DNA from: Eledone cirrhosa
Lineage: Eukaryota
Assembly: GCA_964016885.1 (NCBI GenBank)
Contig: OZ024747.1
Location: forward strand, 66,960,001-67,024,000
Reading direction: 5' to 3'
DNA: 64,000 bases
The notes below the pieces were generated by a model. That model saw only the letters and a program-made list of their open reading frames with translations, was not told the origin of the DNA and ran no database searches. This document shows positions 39,626-53,994 of this stretch, piece by piece; within the stretch, counting starts at the first letter, position 1, and each line of letters opens with the position of its first letter. The position numbers and the translations under genes were made by a program.

Positions 39626-40685
39626 AGACGAACCGAAACAAACAAACAAACAAACAAACAGGCAGAAAAAACCCCAAAAATGAATAAGCATAAGTTTCAT
39701 TGTAATGTAGTGTTTGAATGTCTGACTTAGTTTTCCCCTTCCATTCTCTGTCCGTCCGTTTGTTTTTCTCTTCATTTTTATTTCCTTTACGTTTTTCGTT
39801 GTTGATGTGCTGCTTTGATTTTGATTTTTGTTGTTTTTTTTTTTATTTTGACCAGGTATCAATTCAGTCTATTTATATATTTTGATGTTTTCCTCTTTTA
39901 GTGGGAATTCTACAATGTAGCAGGGGATAGCGGGAGAGAATAGCGGCGGTAGTAATACTGAGGCAGCGGCGGCGGGGGTGGTGGCGGTGCTGTGCTAGCA
40001 GCAACTAGCAGGAGGTAGTGGGAGGGAATAGCGGCGGTAGCGATAGTGAGGAAGCGGTGGTGGTGATGTGGTCGTATTACTGTAGTGATGGTGTTGAAGT
40101 TGGAGTAGGAATTTGAGTCGACTTGACCAGAATTTTCATCGTGGTAGTGGTGGTGGTATTGGTGGTGAAATTATCTTTAGTGAAATTATCGTTAGTCGCG
40201 TATATGTGTTGACATTTACCCATAATATTGGAATTAAACATTTTGTTAAAACTAAAACTTGAGGCAATAGTAATAGTAATTATTATTATTATGCTGAGAT
40301 TGGTGGTGGTGGTGGTGAAATTGCCGTTATCGGGCTGTTGTGTTTAGTGTACACAGAGGGGTGATGGAGTAGGTGGTGTATCTAGTTTCTGATGTTGGTG
40401 AAATTGCTGTTATTTGGCTGTTCTATATAGTAGACAGAGGGGTTTCCTTCCATTTATAACCATTTTCTTTTTGAATATAAAATGTATAATACAAAATTGA
40501 ATATTTGAGCGATATAACAATATATTGTGGATCCGAATTTTTTGGGACTCAAGCTGGATGTTTTATGCAACATTTGTACTAAGAATTGTTATTTCACAAT
40601 TGATTTAAATATGTTAAAAAACCAAAACTTACGGGAGCGATTTCTCCACCATGTGTGTCTTCTTCCCTTATTATTATTATTATTA

Positions 40686-42643
40686 CAGTTGCATTTATCT
40701 TGCTTTATGTTCATACGAGTTATCACCAAGTCACAACCAGTGACCTCAAGAGACAACAAGGTCCGCCATGTTCAAGAAAGAACATACATAATCACACATG
40801 CATCTTTAGTGTTTAGACTTGTGATGTACTTATATTGACAGAATCTTCCTTAGTATATGGGCAGTTCCCATTAGTACTATCTTTTGTATTTTTCCTATAC
40901 GCGGGTTTCCTGGGATTTGCGATAAGTAATCATTAGACCCCTTAGGTATCGTTCCCAGAGCGCCTACAACCACTGGTATTGTTTTAGTTCTCAATTTCCA
41001 CATTTTTCCAATTTCTATCTCCAGGTCCTTATACTTGCTCAATTTTTCAAATGTTTTTATAGATACATTCTTGTCTATTGGAACAGACATATCAATTAGC
41101 AGGTATACCCTCTTTTTAAAGTCCTTCAATATTATATCAGGTCTATTTGCATCTATTTTTCGGTCTGTTTGGATGCTAAAGTTCCACAAAATTGAGATGT
41201 AATCTTTTTCAAGTATGGGAGGTGGTTGATGCTCCCACCAATTCTTTTGATGGGGCAGGTCAAAATGCTTACACATTATCCAATGTATGTATTGTGCAGC
41301 TCTGTCATGCCTGTTTAGGTATTCGGTTGGAGCTATAGGACTGCACATTGAAATTATATGGTCAATGGTCTCTGGTTGTTTTTTGCATACACGGCATAAT
41401 GGGCTGCATCCATTTTTTATTATGTTGGCTTGGTAATTTTTTGTTGGCAGACACTGATCTTGTGCTGATATAATCAGTCTTTCAGTCTCCGATTTCAGTC
41501 CAGAGGATGCCAACCACTGATGGGTTAAATTTTGTCAACATCAGGATTGTTAGCTCGCTCTGGGTATTTTCCATACAGAGGCTTTTCTTGCCATTTCTTA
41601 GCCAGTTTCTGTAGCAGTTCTTTCTTTGCAGTTACTTTTACCTGCTTTTCTTTTTCTGTGTTTTCCATTTCAGCAGTAAATGGGACTTCTGAAATTTGTA
41701 GTCCATTACTGTATCTTTGTGCATCTTTTCTAATGTAATATGATCTTTTGATGCTTTCGTGTTTCAAAACGAGTTTGATCATCCAATCATGTGATTCCCT
41801 TAGATACGTAGATAATCCAATTGTTGCAGTTTTCAACGCAATGTCTAACTGGATTAACCCACGTCCTCCTTCTTTCCTAGGGAGATATATTCTATCTGTA
41901 TCTGCCTTAGGGTGATGCATTCTGTGCATGGTTAAGAATTTTCGAATTTTTGTATCGAGCCTACGGATCTCTGTGCTTGACCAGTTGATGACATTGTAAC
42001 TGTAGTTTACTACTGGTATGGCAAGCGTGTTTATGGCATCGATCCTATTCCTTGCATTCAATTCCGTTCTTAAGATTGCTCTTACTCTGCGGTAACATTC
42101 CTTCCTTATCCTTTCCCTCATTGTCGAGTGCTTGATTCCGTCTCCTTCACAAACACCTAGATATTTGTAAGTTTTTTCTTGATCAAGTTCTCTTATCACA
42201 TTCCCCCGATCAAGATTAATGTCTGAACTCTTCAGCAGCTTTCCTCTGGTGAACGTTGCTTTGGCGCATTTATCTAGTCCAAACTCCATTTTAATGTCAT
42301 CACTGAACTGCTCCACAGTGGATAATAGCCCTTGCAATTGTTCATCATTTTTTGCAAATAGTTTCAGGTCATCCATGTAGAACAGGTGATTAATGGTTTT
42401 GTCATAGACTTTATATCCATGTTTTGTTTCATTGAGCATTTTACTTAATGGTATAAGTGCGATGCAGAATAAAAGCGGTGATAAAGAGTCACCCTGAAAA
42501 ATTCCACAATTAATATTAACTTCTCCAGCTTCCAGTGATTTTGTTTCACTATTCAAAAGGAGTGTCGTTTTCCATGTCTTCATACTGAATGACAAAAACC
42601 TCCTGACAACGGGGGATATTTTGAAAATCTCTAAACATTTTTC
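40686..42643 (-). mobile_element. 5'-truncated Dong/R4-clade element, second family
   Basis: GIFQGDSLSP, HLFYMDD, CRVCKKQPETIDHIISMC, RPDI..LIDMSVP..KLSKYKDL; 3' end in (TAA)n. Confidence 0.92.
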
Positions 42644-45600
42644 ACACCCCAGGAGGCAAAGGCCCAATCCGTAGTGACCCTAAGGAGCGAGGAAATGGTG
42701 TTGGTGCCCTCCTACTGCGGGCAAAAAATTGTGAGGGTCAAACTGACCCACGTCCCCCCCGGAATGGCCCCTTCTTGACTGGCCGCGTCTGTCCTCGTCG
42801 GAATCGAGGACAAAACAACTGTACTGCAAGTACAGAAAAAAGTAAGAGAAGATTGGGTCGGCACCTCCATTGAGATGCTAATCCAAACCAACCAGGAGTG
42901 CATCGAAGCTATCCCGGATGTGATAGACTTCGATAACGGCACTCAACTGCCCATAAGTGTTGAGGGCAAACGCCCGAAATGCTTTCGCTGTGGATCGAAG
43001 ACTCACCTCAGGGCCTTCTGCAACGAGAAGACCCTGAGAAAGGAGAAAACCCCCCTCCTTCCGAAACCGGCTCCACGGCTACCAGCAACAGGACAAGCGG
43101 CAACCAGGAACGATAGGTCCGTGGCACCCATACCCACGCCACGGAAATCAAAAACAGCAGCAGCAGTGGAAATATTAACAACAACAACAGCAATACCAAA
43201 TGCAGCTGCAACAGAGACTCCAGTGCAAACATCACCAACAACAACAAGTGAAAGAGTAGAGCTTGTACCCCTCCCCGACCTCACAGAATCAGACATGGAG
43301 TGTGAGGTGGGAGAGGGATGGCAAAAGGTCGTAAGAAGGCACAAACGCAGAAGCAGCGCATCGTCGCCTTTGAAAAGGGAGGAAAGAAATGAGAAAAGGG
43401 TAAAGTCTACTGCAAAGAGACCCACAGCAGCAACACCATCACCACCCACACTAGCACCACCATCACCACCGGTGACAACCCCACCGCCAACAACACCTTC
43501 AACACCACCACCACAAGCACCAACATCGCAAACACAACAACAAAACACACACCCAGCAACAACGACAAGAAAATAGCAGAACCACACCCCACCCCCAGAA
43601 AAACAAATGCACGGCAATAAATACACACAACAAGAAACTAATGACTTACATAATTCAACACACAGACATTTCACAACACGACTACATAATACCAGCACCA
43701 ATCAAAACGCCAACTAACATAAGACTGCTAAAAATAGCACAGAAACAATACACAAACATTAAAACGAAATTCCCCAACGCAGTTGGTGATTTCAGGGACC
43801 TAGGAGGAACTATCAATCGAAGAGTATATTCAGACATTCTCTTAGAAGAGCCGACGACCAGCCGAAGGGACGATTCAACGGTCCCTTCACCAGACGATCA
43901 AGTGAAAAGGGATGTAAAAACCATCCCTCCTCTACGAAAAGTACGGTAAGTGGTCTTTCCCATCTTTTCCACTCTATTTTAAACATGACCTCACTCAGAA
44001 TAGGCAGCATAAATGCGCGTGGCTTCGGGTCGTCATGGAAGCAGGGTCACCTGCTCAACGACCTCAGGTCACTAAACATAGATGTAGTGGCCATCAGCGA
44101 GACCAGAATCTCAGAAGCACGGGCCTTCGCACCGATCTTTGGCGGCTACGATGTGTACGCATCTCCCAGCCGTCCTGGATCGGGGGCCGGAGTTGCTGTG
44201 CTTTTTCGGAGAGGTTTGAATCTTGCCATACGGGCCATCTTCCGGGACCCAGAAGGTAAGTTGGTGGTGCTGGAAGTGATCAGCGGAGACGGGCAAGCTT
44301 TCAGGTTAGTGGCCGTCTATGCCCCGACAGGAGCAGGGCGGCCTGATTTCTTCCGGCGTCTGGAGACCCTTCTTGGAACGTCCCGCTCTTTAGTGTTAGT
44401 GGGCGACTGGAACGGGATCTTAGATGCACGCTGGGACTGTGTGGGATTAGCGGATAGGGGTGGAGGGTGCAAGAGCCTCACCAACCTGCTCAGGGTTTTG
44501 AACTGTCTGACAGGTACCGATTGGATTTCCCGAATGTGCCAATGTGGACTTGGACAAATCGTATAGGGTCATCCAGATCATATCTAGATAGAGTATTTTG
44601 TAGGGAAATAGATAGGTCTAGCATAGGGTGTCCACAATTCAAGATAGTCAGCTACACGGACCACAAATTCGTGATCTGTGTGCTTGACTTAGATAGGCTT
44701 CATAGACGAGGACCCGGCTACTGGAAGCTAAACGCGTCCTTACCAGCGCGCAAGGCCTACAGAGACCGGATTAGCGAACTAGTTAAGCGGGCGTTGACGG
44801 GGGCCATCGTCAACAACAAGTGGTGGTTTGCTCTGAAAAGAGCGATTAGAATAGAATCCATTAGGTTTAGTAAGGCTTTAGCAATAGAGAAAAATAGAGC
44901 AGAGGGAGAACTAGTTAGAAAATTAGACGAGGCGCTTAGCAAAGGCATTGCGACCGACGTGCTTGCGGCGAAATTGGCCCTTGACCAATTCTTCAATGCA
45001 AAGCACGAAGGCTGCGTTGTCAGAGCAAGGGTGCGTGCTCTCAGACACGAGGGGACGAAAGCCGTTCAATGGGCCCGAGTGGCGGAGGCGCATCGTGGCA
45101 ACAAAGCCACGATCCGGTCTTTGGTGGACCACGACGGGCGGATGCTACTCGATCCCGGGCAAATGTGTGAAGCTTTTCAGCGACACTTCGCTCAGTTGTT
45201 CGGGGGCAGCAGTGGGCCGGGTCGAGGGATGGACTTTAGTGTCTACCTCGACGGACTGCCGCGGCTCTCGGCCACTGAGGCGAGGTGTTGCGAAAAGCCG
45301 ATAACAGCCGCTGAAGTAAGGGAGGCAATGACTGGCTGCACAAGGGGTAAATCGCCTGGTTTGGATGGTCTGCCCTATGAACTTTACGTACAGATGCCAG
45401 ACTTGTTCGGAGGCCTCTTGGCGGACGTCTACTGCAACTGGCAACAGAACGGGAGAATTCCCAGTTCGGTGAGCCGAGGAGCGGTGGCACTGCTGAGAAA
45501 GGATCCGAACAAGGGGGATAACATAGATAATTTCCGGCCCATAACTCTGCTAAACACAGAGTTCAGGATTTTGGCCAAGGTGCTAGCAAAGAGGTTGGCG

Positions 45601-47651
45601 CTTGTCGTTGGTGGTCTGGTGGGGGAGGCGCAGACATGCGCCATTCCCGACAGATCCATCCACGACAACCTCCACCTCATGCGATACATCGTAGAGAGGG
45701 TAGCTAGGGAACCTGGCACGGGTGGGTCCTTGATCAATTTAGATCAGTCGAAAGCTTTCGATAGGGTCGACCATCGTTACCTAGCGGCAGTCCTGAGGGC
45801 GGCTGGCTTTGGGCCCGTCTTCAGAGGCTGGATCGCTGCCATGCACAGCGACATCTGCTCTGTGGTGAGAGTGAACGGTCACCTGTCGGAACCGTTCAAC
45901 ATCATGCGCTCGGTCCGCCAAGGATGTCCCCTCTCGTCCCTCTTGTACGTATTGACTCTCGAGCCATTACTGCACAAACTGGAGACGTTGAGGGGCGTCC
46001 CGCGCGAACTAGGATGCGGAAGATCCGTGTCAGCATATGCGGACGATGTCACCGTAGTGGTGTCGAACGCCAAACACATCGAGGGGATCGGCACTACACT
46101 AAGAGAATACGAAGCGGTTACAGGAGCAATGATCAACCAGGAATAGTCAGTGGGCCTGCAGCTCGGCACCTGGAGAAGCAGGTCCATGCCGTCCAACAGC
46201 GTCGTCGGACGCTGGACGGACGGACCGGTTAAATTGCTAGGGGTCTGGTTCGGTCCGGACCTCCAGACGGACAAAAACTGGGACGAGGTGACGAGCAGGG
46301 TGGCTTCTCTCACCCAGAAATGGGCCGAGAGGAAGCTATCCCTGAAAGGTCGAGCGGAGGTGGCTAACGCGTACATCGCGTCCGTCATCTGCTACCGCCT
46401 GACCGTCGTACCTTGTCCTAAGCCTCGCCTGACTGCGCTGGAGCGTTTGCTCTTTCGCTTTTTGTGGAAGGGACGCGCTCCGATGGTCAGGAGGTCCATC
46501 TGTTGTCAACACCCGCTACTTGGAGGGCTGGGCATGCCGTGGCTGATGATGCGCAGGCACGCGCTCAGGCTACGACATCTCCACCTCTTCCTCGACGGTG
46601 ATCAGGTGTGGTCGCCGTTTGCTAGACACGTATTTCCCCAGCTCGTTTCCTTGACGGAGCTGCAGTCCTGGGTCAAGCGAAGACCGAGAGGGAGCGTCTG
46701 GAGACTGGAATGTCTTCAGGCGCTCACAGCCCTCGACCAATCGCGCAATGTGATCGGTGGAAACTCCACCTCGGCGTTCTATAGAGGATTAGTGGAGGGG
46801 AAGAGCGACGACGTACTTGGGGAAACTCTAGGCGTCGACGAAAATCAACTAGCCAATCTCTTCGGAAGAACTTTCGGGCCAGGGCCTATGGACAACTTCC
46901 AGAAATCTCTGGCCTGGCAGTGCTACCGAGGAGCCTTGCCAGTTCGGGATAAACTCTACAGGCATGGAGGTGCCGTCAGCCGGGCATGTCCGAGATGCGC
47001 GCAGGGCGACGAAACCGTCCTGCACGCACTCGTCCAGTGTCCGAAAATTGCTGACTTGTGGGTTTATGTCGAACACCTGCTGTCGCGTTTAGGACGGATC
47101 CGGCTATCATCTGAGTCCATCGTGAGGATTGCCCCGCCCTCCTCCTTTAACCGGGAAGGGCAGGCAGTTTTTATCTGTCTGGTGGCCATGGCGAAAGAGA
47201 TAGTATGGTGGACACGTTTGAAAGGGCTGAAGACGAGCACTTACCTCTTCGGTGATGCTCTGATTGACTTTTTCAAATTTCATTTGAAAAGGAAAATCAG
47301 AGTAGAGAGGGAAGTGCTCTCTTCCCAGCATTTTGTTGAAAGATGGGTGAGAGAAGCAAGAATGGCCCGAGTGAATGGGCCTACTCTGAGTATATATCTG
47401 TAAATTAAAGGTGGAAAACTGGGAGAGGGCACTTGCCTTGGTGGTCAGGGTCATTGTGGCTTTTTACTGGGCTTTCTCCACAAATGTCCCTCCGAAGTCT
47501 CCCCCCTATTGGGGAATTTTTCATTGTTATTTTTTGTTACATCCTCTGTTTTTGTTTTTTACACGCAGAAATGCCCATTTGTACCGTCCTGCATTGTCCT
47601 GCACTGTCCTTAATGTCTACTTTATGTAAACCCTTGTGGTTAATAAAGAAA

Positions 47652-47653
<2 letters not shown>
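42644..47653 (+). mobile_element. Near full-length Tx1-type LINE, family B, lightly disrupted
   Basis: ORF1 CFRCGSKTHLRAFC; ORF2 from ATG 43985 with APE, RT (YADD) and CPRC..ETVLH...C; a frameshift near 44490 and a stop at 46144; ends taataaagaaatc(att)n. Confidence 0.94.
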
Positions 47654-47697
<44 letters not shown>

Positions 47698-48421
47698 CAT
47701 CATCATCATTATATTTTTTTCTTTGAAAAGATAACTGCTGGCTTATATATAGCCTCATAACAGCAGAACCGTTATCAAACTAATCAATAACTAAATTCAT
47801 AGGTGTTGACGAAGTATAAGTGTGTGAGAGTGTGTATGTGACGGAAAGAGAAAGAGGGAGAAAATGATAGAAAGGTCGTGGGTGAAAGAAGAATAGAGGA
47901 TTGTTAAAAGATTAAATAATACTCGGGCGCCAACCACAAGATAAGTAATAGTTAATAGATTGAAAGTATTGTTAATGCCTTAAATATTTAGAATAACAAG
48001 CGCTGACGTATGATCAAATGTGTAGTGAAAACAGGAAAATAATTTTAGTTGCTATTTAATAGATTTTTGTTTTGTTAATAAAAACGTTATTGTGTTTGTA
48101 TGTTACTTTTGATTGAATGGAGTGAAATGGATCTTCGTTGATTTTAGTGATGAACGTTTCAAATGATCGAACAACAGAACAACCTACTCATGATTTCAAT
48201 ATGTAAGTGGCTGAGTATTCCATAAACACATGTGTCCTATTAACGTGATTCTCAGAGAAATTCAGAATGCGTCGCTCGACTCAAGACTATGGTATGAGAC
48301 ACTTGTTCGGAATGAAACCGTGCGGAGTCGAACTAAAGATCTTAGGACTTTGAAGAGAACGGTTTAACCATTCGGCCATGTAATTCTGTTTCCTAACTAA
48401 ATATGGGTGTGCGTGTGCGTG

Positions 48422-48516
<95 letters not shown>

Positions 48517-48649
48517 AAAATAGCTGACTGAATACGTACGTGTGTTTAGTCTCCCCCCACCCCCACCCCCTTTTTTCCCTCTCACTTTTCCCTGTTCCTA
48601 CCTGTTCATACTCTTTATCGTTCTATTTTAGCTTCTATTTCGAATTCTA

Positions 48650-48686
48650 TCTTCTGATGAAGGTCTAGTGGTCCGAAACGTTAAGA
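48650..48686 (+). ncRNA. Minimal type I hammerhead (dimer-type stem III)
   Basis: tctt-CTGATGA-aggtctagtggtcc-GAAA-cg-TT-aaga, followed by a ~95-nt tail and then (TA)n. Confidence 0.7.
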
Positions 48687-48776
48687 CTCTTTCCCAACTA
48701 TTTCAAGCTTTTAACTAATATATTTCTTCAATGTACTGTGTCATTTCCTTTGTTATTTCTGTTTACTTTTTACATA

Positions 48777-48857
<81 letters not shown>

Positions 48858-48860
48858 AAA

Positions 48861-48939
<79 letters not shown>

Positions 48940-49204
48940 GGAGGGTGCATCCATAAGCTTTCCCAATATATTGTTGTGTATTAATCTATCTATCCGTTTA
49001 TCTGTCATTCTATCTCGGTGAAAATTTCTATCTGACACTATTCACCTCATCTCTTTTTACAGCTAAACATTAAAGCCTTAGCCAACAACAACAACAATAC
49101 ATTTATCGTCTCCTTTACTACATTGTTCATACAATATAGTATCTCATCAATGTGTTATATTATTCACATATTGCTCTAAACCACATATAACTGCAACAAT
49201 TACA

Positions 49205-49236
<32 letters not shown>

Positions 49237-49379
49237 GAGTATTAAGTTGTTAAACAATATTCGATGATTATGTCTAAGAATGAGTTTTACAGTGGATTGG
49301 AAGCACTCAACGGAAAATAATTTTCAGGAGTTATTAATATATAAGTATTAATAAAATAGATGTTCTTTTGATCAATTAC

Positions 49380-49432
49380 ATTTTATTATACATATTTCGG
49401 ATGTACAACAGTACGTCCTCATCAGACAAAAT
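49380..49432 (-). ncRNA. Type I hammerhead ribozyme motif
   Basis: attttgt-CTGATGA-ggacgtac tgtt gtacatcc-GAAA-tatgta-TA-ataaaat. Confidence 0.82.
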
Positions 49433-49453
49433 ATAATGATCATTATATATAAT

Positions 49454-49498
<45 letters not shown>

Positions 49499-49837
49499 AA
49501 GAGAGAGCTGGTGAGGGAGATATGTGTCTCTCTTTCTGTATACTATATACACGCAGCATTTAACATATTAGCCATTGACATGCCAGTAGATTATGCATCA
49601 GTTAACTACATTCGTCTACACATTATTATAAATTCTGGCTTATACTGTCTTACATTTCGTGGTATTTATTGTCATGTGTGGTCTAGATAACAATGGCGTC
49701 TGCTCTTCCTATATTGGAAAGTCAAGAAAAGATATTAATGGATTCGTATTGATGGGCATTTTAAACCTGGTCGAACCCACCTCATCTCCAGGTTTTAACC
49801 CAGACTATTTCATCGATAAAATGAGAAAAAATGCCAG

Positions 49838-49963
49838 AGAAGAAGAAGAAGAAGAAGAAGAAGAAGAAGAAGAAGAAGAAGAAGAAGAAGAAGAAGAAGA
49901 AGAAGAAGAAGAAGAAGAAGAAGAAGAAGAAGAAGAAGAAGAAGAAGAAGAAGAAGAAGAAGA
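49838..49963. repeat. Pure (GAA)n tract, about 41 units
   Basis: Directly visible. Confidence 0.97.
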
Positions 49964-50091
49964 TTTTGAAAGGATTGAAGGTGAAGTTAAGTTCAGCAGG
50001 ATTTTAACTTAAAGTAGAATGTGACAAAGTAAATACAACGAACTTTTAATCCGGCGCTCTAAAAACTCCACAAATTCTCCACTTTAACAGT

Positions 50092-50670
50092 AATTACACA
50101 GTGCCGGCCGCATTCCACGCCATGCTGCCCTCAACGAGGTCATTAAGCATGGTTTTGACGCTGCAGGCTTCCCTTCCCAGCTCGAGCCGGTGGGGCTGGT
50201 CGAGGGGACGGCAAAAGGCCAGATGGCATGACCATCTTCCCGTTCCGCGGTGGCAAACCCCTCGTCTGGGATGGCACTTGCACGACACTTTCTGCAGCCG
50301 CAACCTGGTGCAGTCTGCGACTGACCCATGTTCTGCTGCACGTCGGGCTGAGGGGGCCAAACTCCTCAAATACCGGTCGCTCCGACAGGTTTGCGGTCGT
50401 ACCCCTGGGAGTGGAGACTTCTGGTGTCCTCGGCCCTTGGGCTACCTCCTTACTCACCACCATAGGCGCTGAACTGGCCAGCGCAGGTGTGAGCCCCGCG
50501 AGTTGGAGTGGCTTTTCCAGCGCGTCTCCCTTGCCGTCGTCCGGGGAAACGCCTTCTCCATTCTGTCCGCCGGGGCTGTGGGTGGGCCCCATCGCGTACC
50601 GTTGTAGTTGTTGTATACAGATATTAACTCATCAATCCCATTGTCCTATTACAACTAATATACATTCTCG
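50092..50670 (+). mobile_element. 3' fragment of a CRE-type non-LTR element (restriction-like endonuclease)
   Basis: GC-rich island encoding RH..LNEVI..AGFPSQLEPVGL..GDGKRPDGMTIFPFRGGKPLVWDGTC..VPLGVETSG..QRVSLAVVRGN across frameshifts. Confidence 0.78.
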
Positions 50671-51324
50671 TTTGTATTTTAAGTCGAGTTTCAGGCCAAA
50701 TATTATGTGATATTCTGTTACGTAATTTTTCATTTCTGAGTTCAAATCTCCCCGATTACATCTTTACTTGCTATCCTTTCGGGGTTGATCAAATGGTTAG
50801 TAATATTACCAACACAGCGTGATTTCGGATAAATATGTATTTACATCGAAACCACATGTATTTATTTATTAAATCAATTTAAACATCTGTATAGAGCTAG
50901 TAAGTCATGGCAGAGTAGGTGGACTATCTAGTACTTCTTTAGTTATGAAAACATAGACATAGATTAATAAATAGAAAGATAAACATAAAATCTAATATAG
51001 GGAAGCATTAAAAAAGATTTTAAAAAAAACAGAAAGCCAATTTATACATAAATATATTCTCTACTTAATGCAGCATTATATACGGCACGAATTTCTTGGT
51101 GTAATATATGAAATGAAATGGACCTCCATCAGTTTTAACGATAAGTGCTGTAGTTGTTCAATCAATAGAACAACTTATTTATGAAATTAACATGCAAGTA
51201 GCTGAGCATCCCACTAACACACGTACCGTAACGAATATCTCTTTGAGATTTTAATATGACACAATGTTTGGCAAGGCTAATTCTCTTAATTACAGATATA
51301 GTCCACCTTGTATCACTGTATATC

Positions 51325-51510
51325 TGGTTGAGAGTGTCGGTAGAGCGTCGGACACCCTGCATCGTGGCATAAATCCCGTCAAGGTTAGCATTGCCTTTTA
51401 TCCTTACGGGGTCGATAAAATAAAGTACCGGTCATGCACTGGGGCCAATTTAATCGACTTTCCCTTCCTCAAAATTGCTGGACATGTGCCTAAATCAGAA
51501 ACCATTATTG
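51325..51510 (+). mobile_element. tRNA-derived SINE, internally deleted
   Basis: Core ccttacggggtcgataaaataaagtacc; tail cagaaaccattatt. Confidence 0.8.
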
Positions 51511-52427
51511 CATACCTGGCTGCGTATTCAAGTGTACCTTTAAGGTGATAATTCTGTGGGAAATTTAGTACATTATGTGACGAAGCTGGGCATTCGAAGT
51601 ACGCGGGCTTCCATACAGTTTTCATCTACCTAATTTCGTTCAAAAGGCAATGTTAGAATACATTTGTCCAAGAAGCCACGTAATGGGATTGAACCTGGAA
51701 TGTTGAGACTATAAAATGAATTACTTAACATTGATTCTGTCTGAGAATTAGAGTCACTTGCCTGAGGAATACTCGTCACCTTACACGTTAATTCACGAGT
51801 CAAACATTCTGTTGACCAAACAAATGAATACCAATCGCCAAGACGCAGTAAGGATCCATCATAGCTATATAAGACCTTGCTGAAAGACAAAACTAGCCTC
51901 ATAAGTATATAGTTGAAGGCCATACTAAGATGCGCAAGCAAGAGATGATGCGAGAGATAGCGTGTGAAGAGCTGTTCGCTGTATCCTATTCACCGTACCA
52001 TAAAAACAGAAATATAAGTTGGAAATATAGTCGTCTTAATGCAGATAACTACAATAATAGTTAATCATTATAAATATTATTTAATAAATTTGAGTCCGGA
52101 TTATAAGAGCTTCATAGGCCGTTTCTGTCCACCTCTTTCCGCTCCGGAGGATACTTTACCTGATTCTTTCAAATATTATTTACAATTCTCAACTATTATT
52201 ATAATTACCTGCATTGGGGCGATTATATTTTCAAATTATATTTCCGTTTGTGTTGTACGGTCAATAGACACATGCCTCTTATTACATATCTTGTTTACAC
52301 ATGGATTGAAAACGAAGCGCAGAGTATCTCTTCTATTTACATCTCACTATATCTTGTTCAAATTTCAAATTCCCAACGCTTCGTATGTCAAATGGAAGTG
52401 AAGAAATATTATTATTTTAACACTAAC

Positions 52428-52480
52428 CTTGATGGCAAGTTCAAAGTCATCCCACTCTATCACGCCATCGTGGTTACAAT
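52428..52480 (-). CDS. cex: Calexcitin coding exon (EF-hand 1 loop): (D)CNHDGVIEWDDFELAIK
   Basis: Minus strand reads ttattccag|attgtaac...gccatcaag|gttagt; 53 bp, phase 1 to phase 0. The peptide matches squid calexcitin residues ~23-40 as recalled. Confidence 0.95.
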
Positions 52481-52917
52481 CTGGAATAATTGAAAACAGA
52501 TAATATTAATGTGAGTATGCAAAATTAATATTGAAAATTGATGTATACACATATCTGTAGATACATAAATATACCTTGACATAGACACAGACATACAGAC
52601 GTAAACACACAGACACACCAACACATAGACACAAAAACACACAGTCACAGACACATAAACACAGGCACACAATAGCACAGATATTCATACATACAAACAC
52701 AAATAGACATACACATTATTTACGCACGCAAACAAATACTCGCACATAAATATGTAAATTTACTTTAAAATTTTCAAATACACGCGCTGTTCTAGCTAAA
52801 TATTTATTATTTATATAAATACGTCGGCAAACATCTGCATGTCATACAAGTTAGACTGATCATTTCAAGTATTCTCCATATTATGTATGATATATATGGT
52901 GATACTATAGAGATATT

Positions 52918-53040
52918 AGGGCGGAAACTTGGCAGAGTCGTTAGAATGTCGGATAGAGTGCTTTACGGTATTCGTTTAGGTTCTCAGTTCAAATCACACC
53001 GAGGTCAACTTTGCCTTTCATCTATTCGAGATCGATAAAA
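52918..53040 (+). mobile_element. tRNA-derived SINE, 5' part
   Basis: tggcagagtcgttag A-box, gttcaaatc B-box, gaggtcaactttgcctttcatc. Confidence 0.75.
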
Positions 53041-53542
53041 AAGGGGACCATTCTTCCTCTATATCTCTTTCTCTCACTCAATATTTCTTTGGAAGATACT
53101 TGTTGTACTCAGGCCTGGGAAGAGGATGAGTTTCACCAAGTTTTTTTAAATGCCCTAAGAAAAGCTGTATGTCAATATGGCGCCTCTACGACTTCCCAAG
53201 AGTTAAGGATCCATATCATTATAATATTCTTCTTTATACATACTCTCGTGCGAACACAATGAAGACGATGCCCCGCGATGTGGAATGGCTGATGCGGGTG
53301 TCATTGGTTGTTATCAATAACAGTGTATTTTCACTCTTGTCTGCGAGTCGCACCTGAGATGTACCACCCAGCCAATGGTCTACAATTTGAGCTGGAATGG
53401 CCGTTGCAACGTGTGTCAATGACCGTTCTGTGTGGCAATGGTACTGTCGTCTAGACCACGTGACACATGTGAGGCTGTAGGGTTTTACACAACCCCTTTT
53501 CCCATTCTCTTACTTTTTTTTCCATTCCTCTCTTCTTGTATA

Positions 53543-53732
53543 TTATTGTTTCTACTTTTGGCACAAGGCCAGCAATTACCCCAGTACATTACTGGTGCTT
53601 TATTTAATCGACCGCGTAAGGATGAAAGGCAAAGTTAACCTCAGTGGGATTTGAACTCAAAACGTAAATGACCAAAACTCTACGCTGCAAAGCATGGTGT
53701 CTGACACTCTACCAATACTGCCATCCACCGCC
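53543..53732 (-). mobile_element. tRNA-derived SINE
   Basis: Same family core and tail. Confidence 0.85.
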
Positions 53733-53896
53733 TTCTTGTATATTATTCGTAAAGATCGGCTATATTTTAATGAAAATTATGGAATCATTTTATATACTCT
53801 CTTTCATAGTAGAATTTAATGTCTATTTTGAGAAAACAAAAAAATACCTCACGCTTCACTCCCGACACACACACACCCACACACACACGCGCGCAC

Positions 53897-53994
<98 letters not shown>

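Noticed and set aside
49659-50012. Poly-Glu ORF
   Set aside because: Simply the (GAA)n microsatellite.
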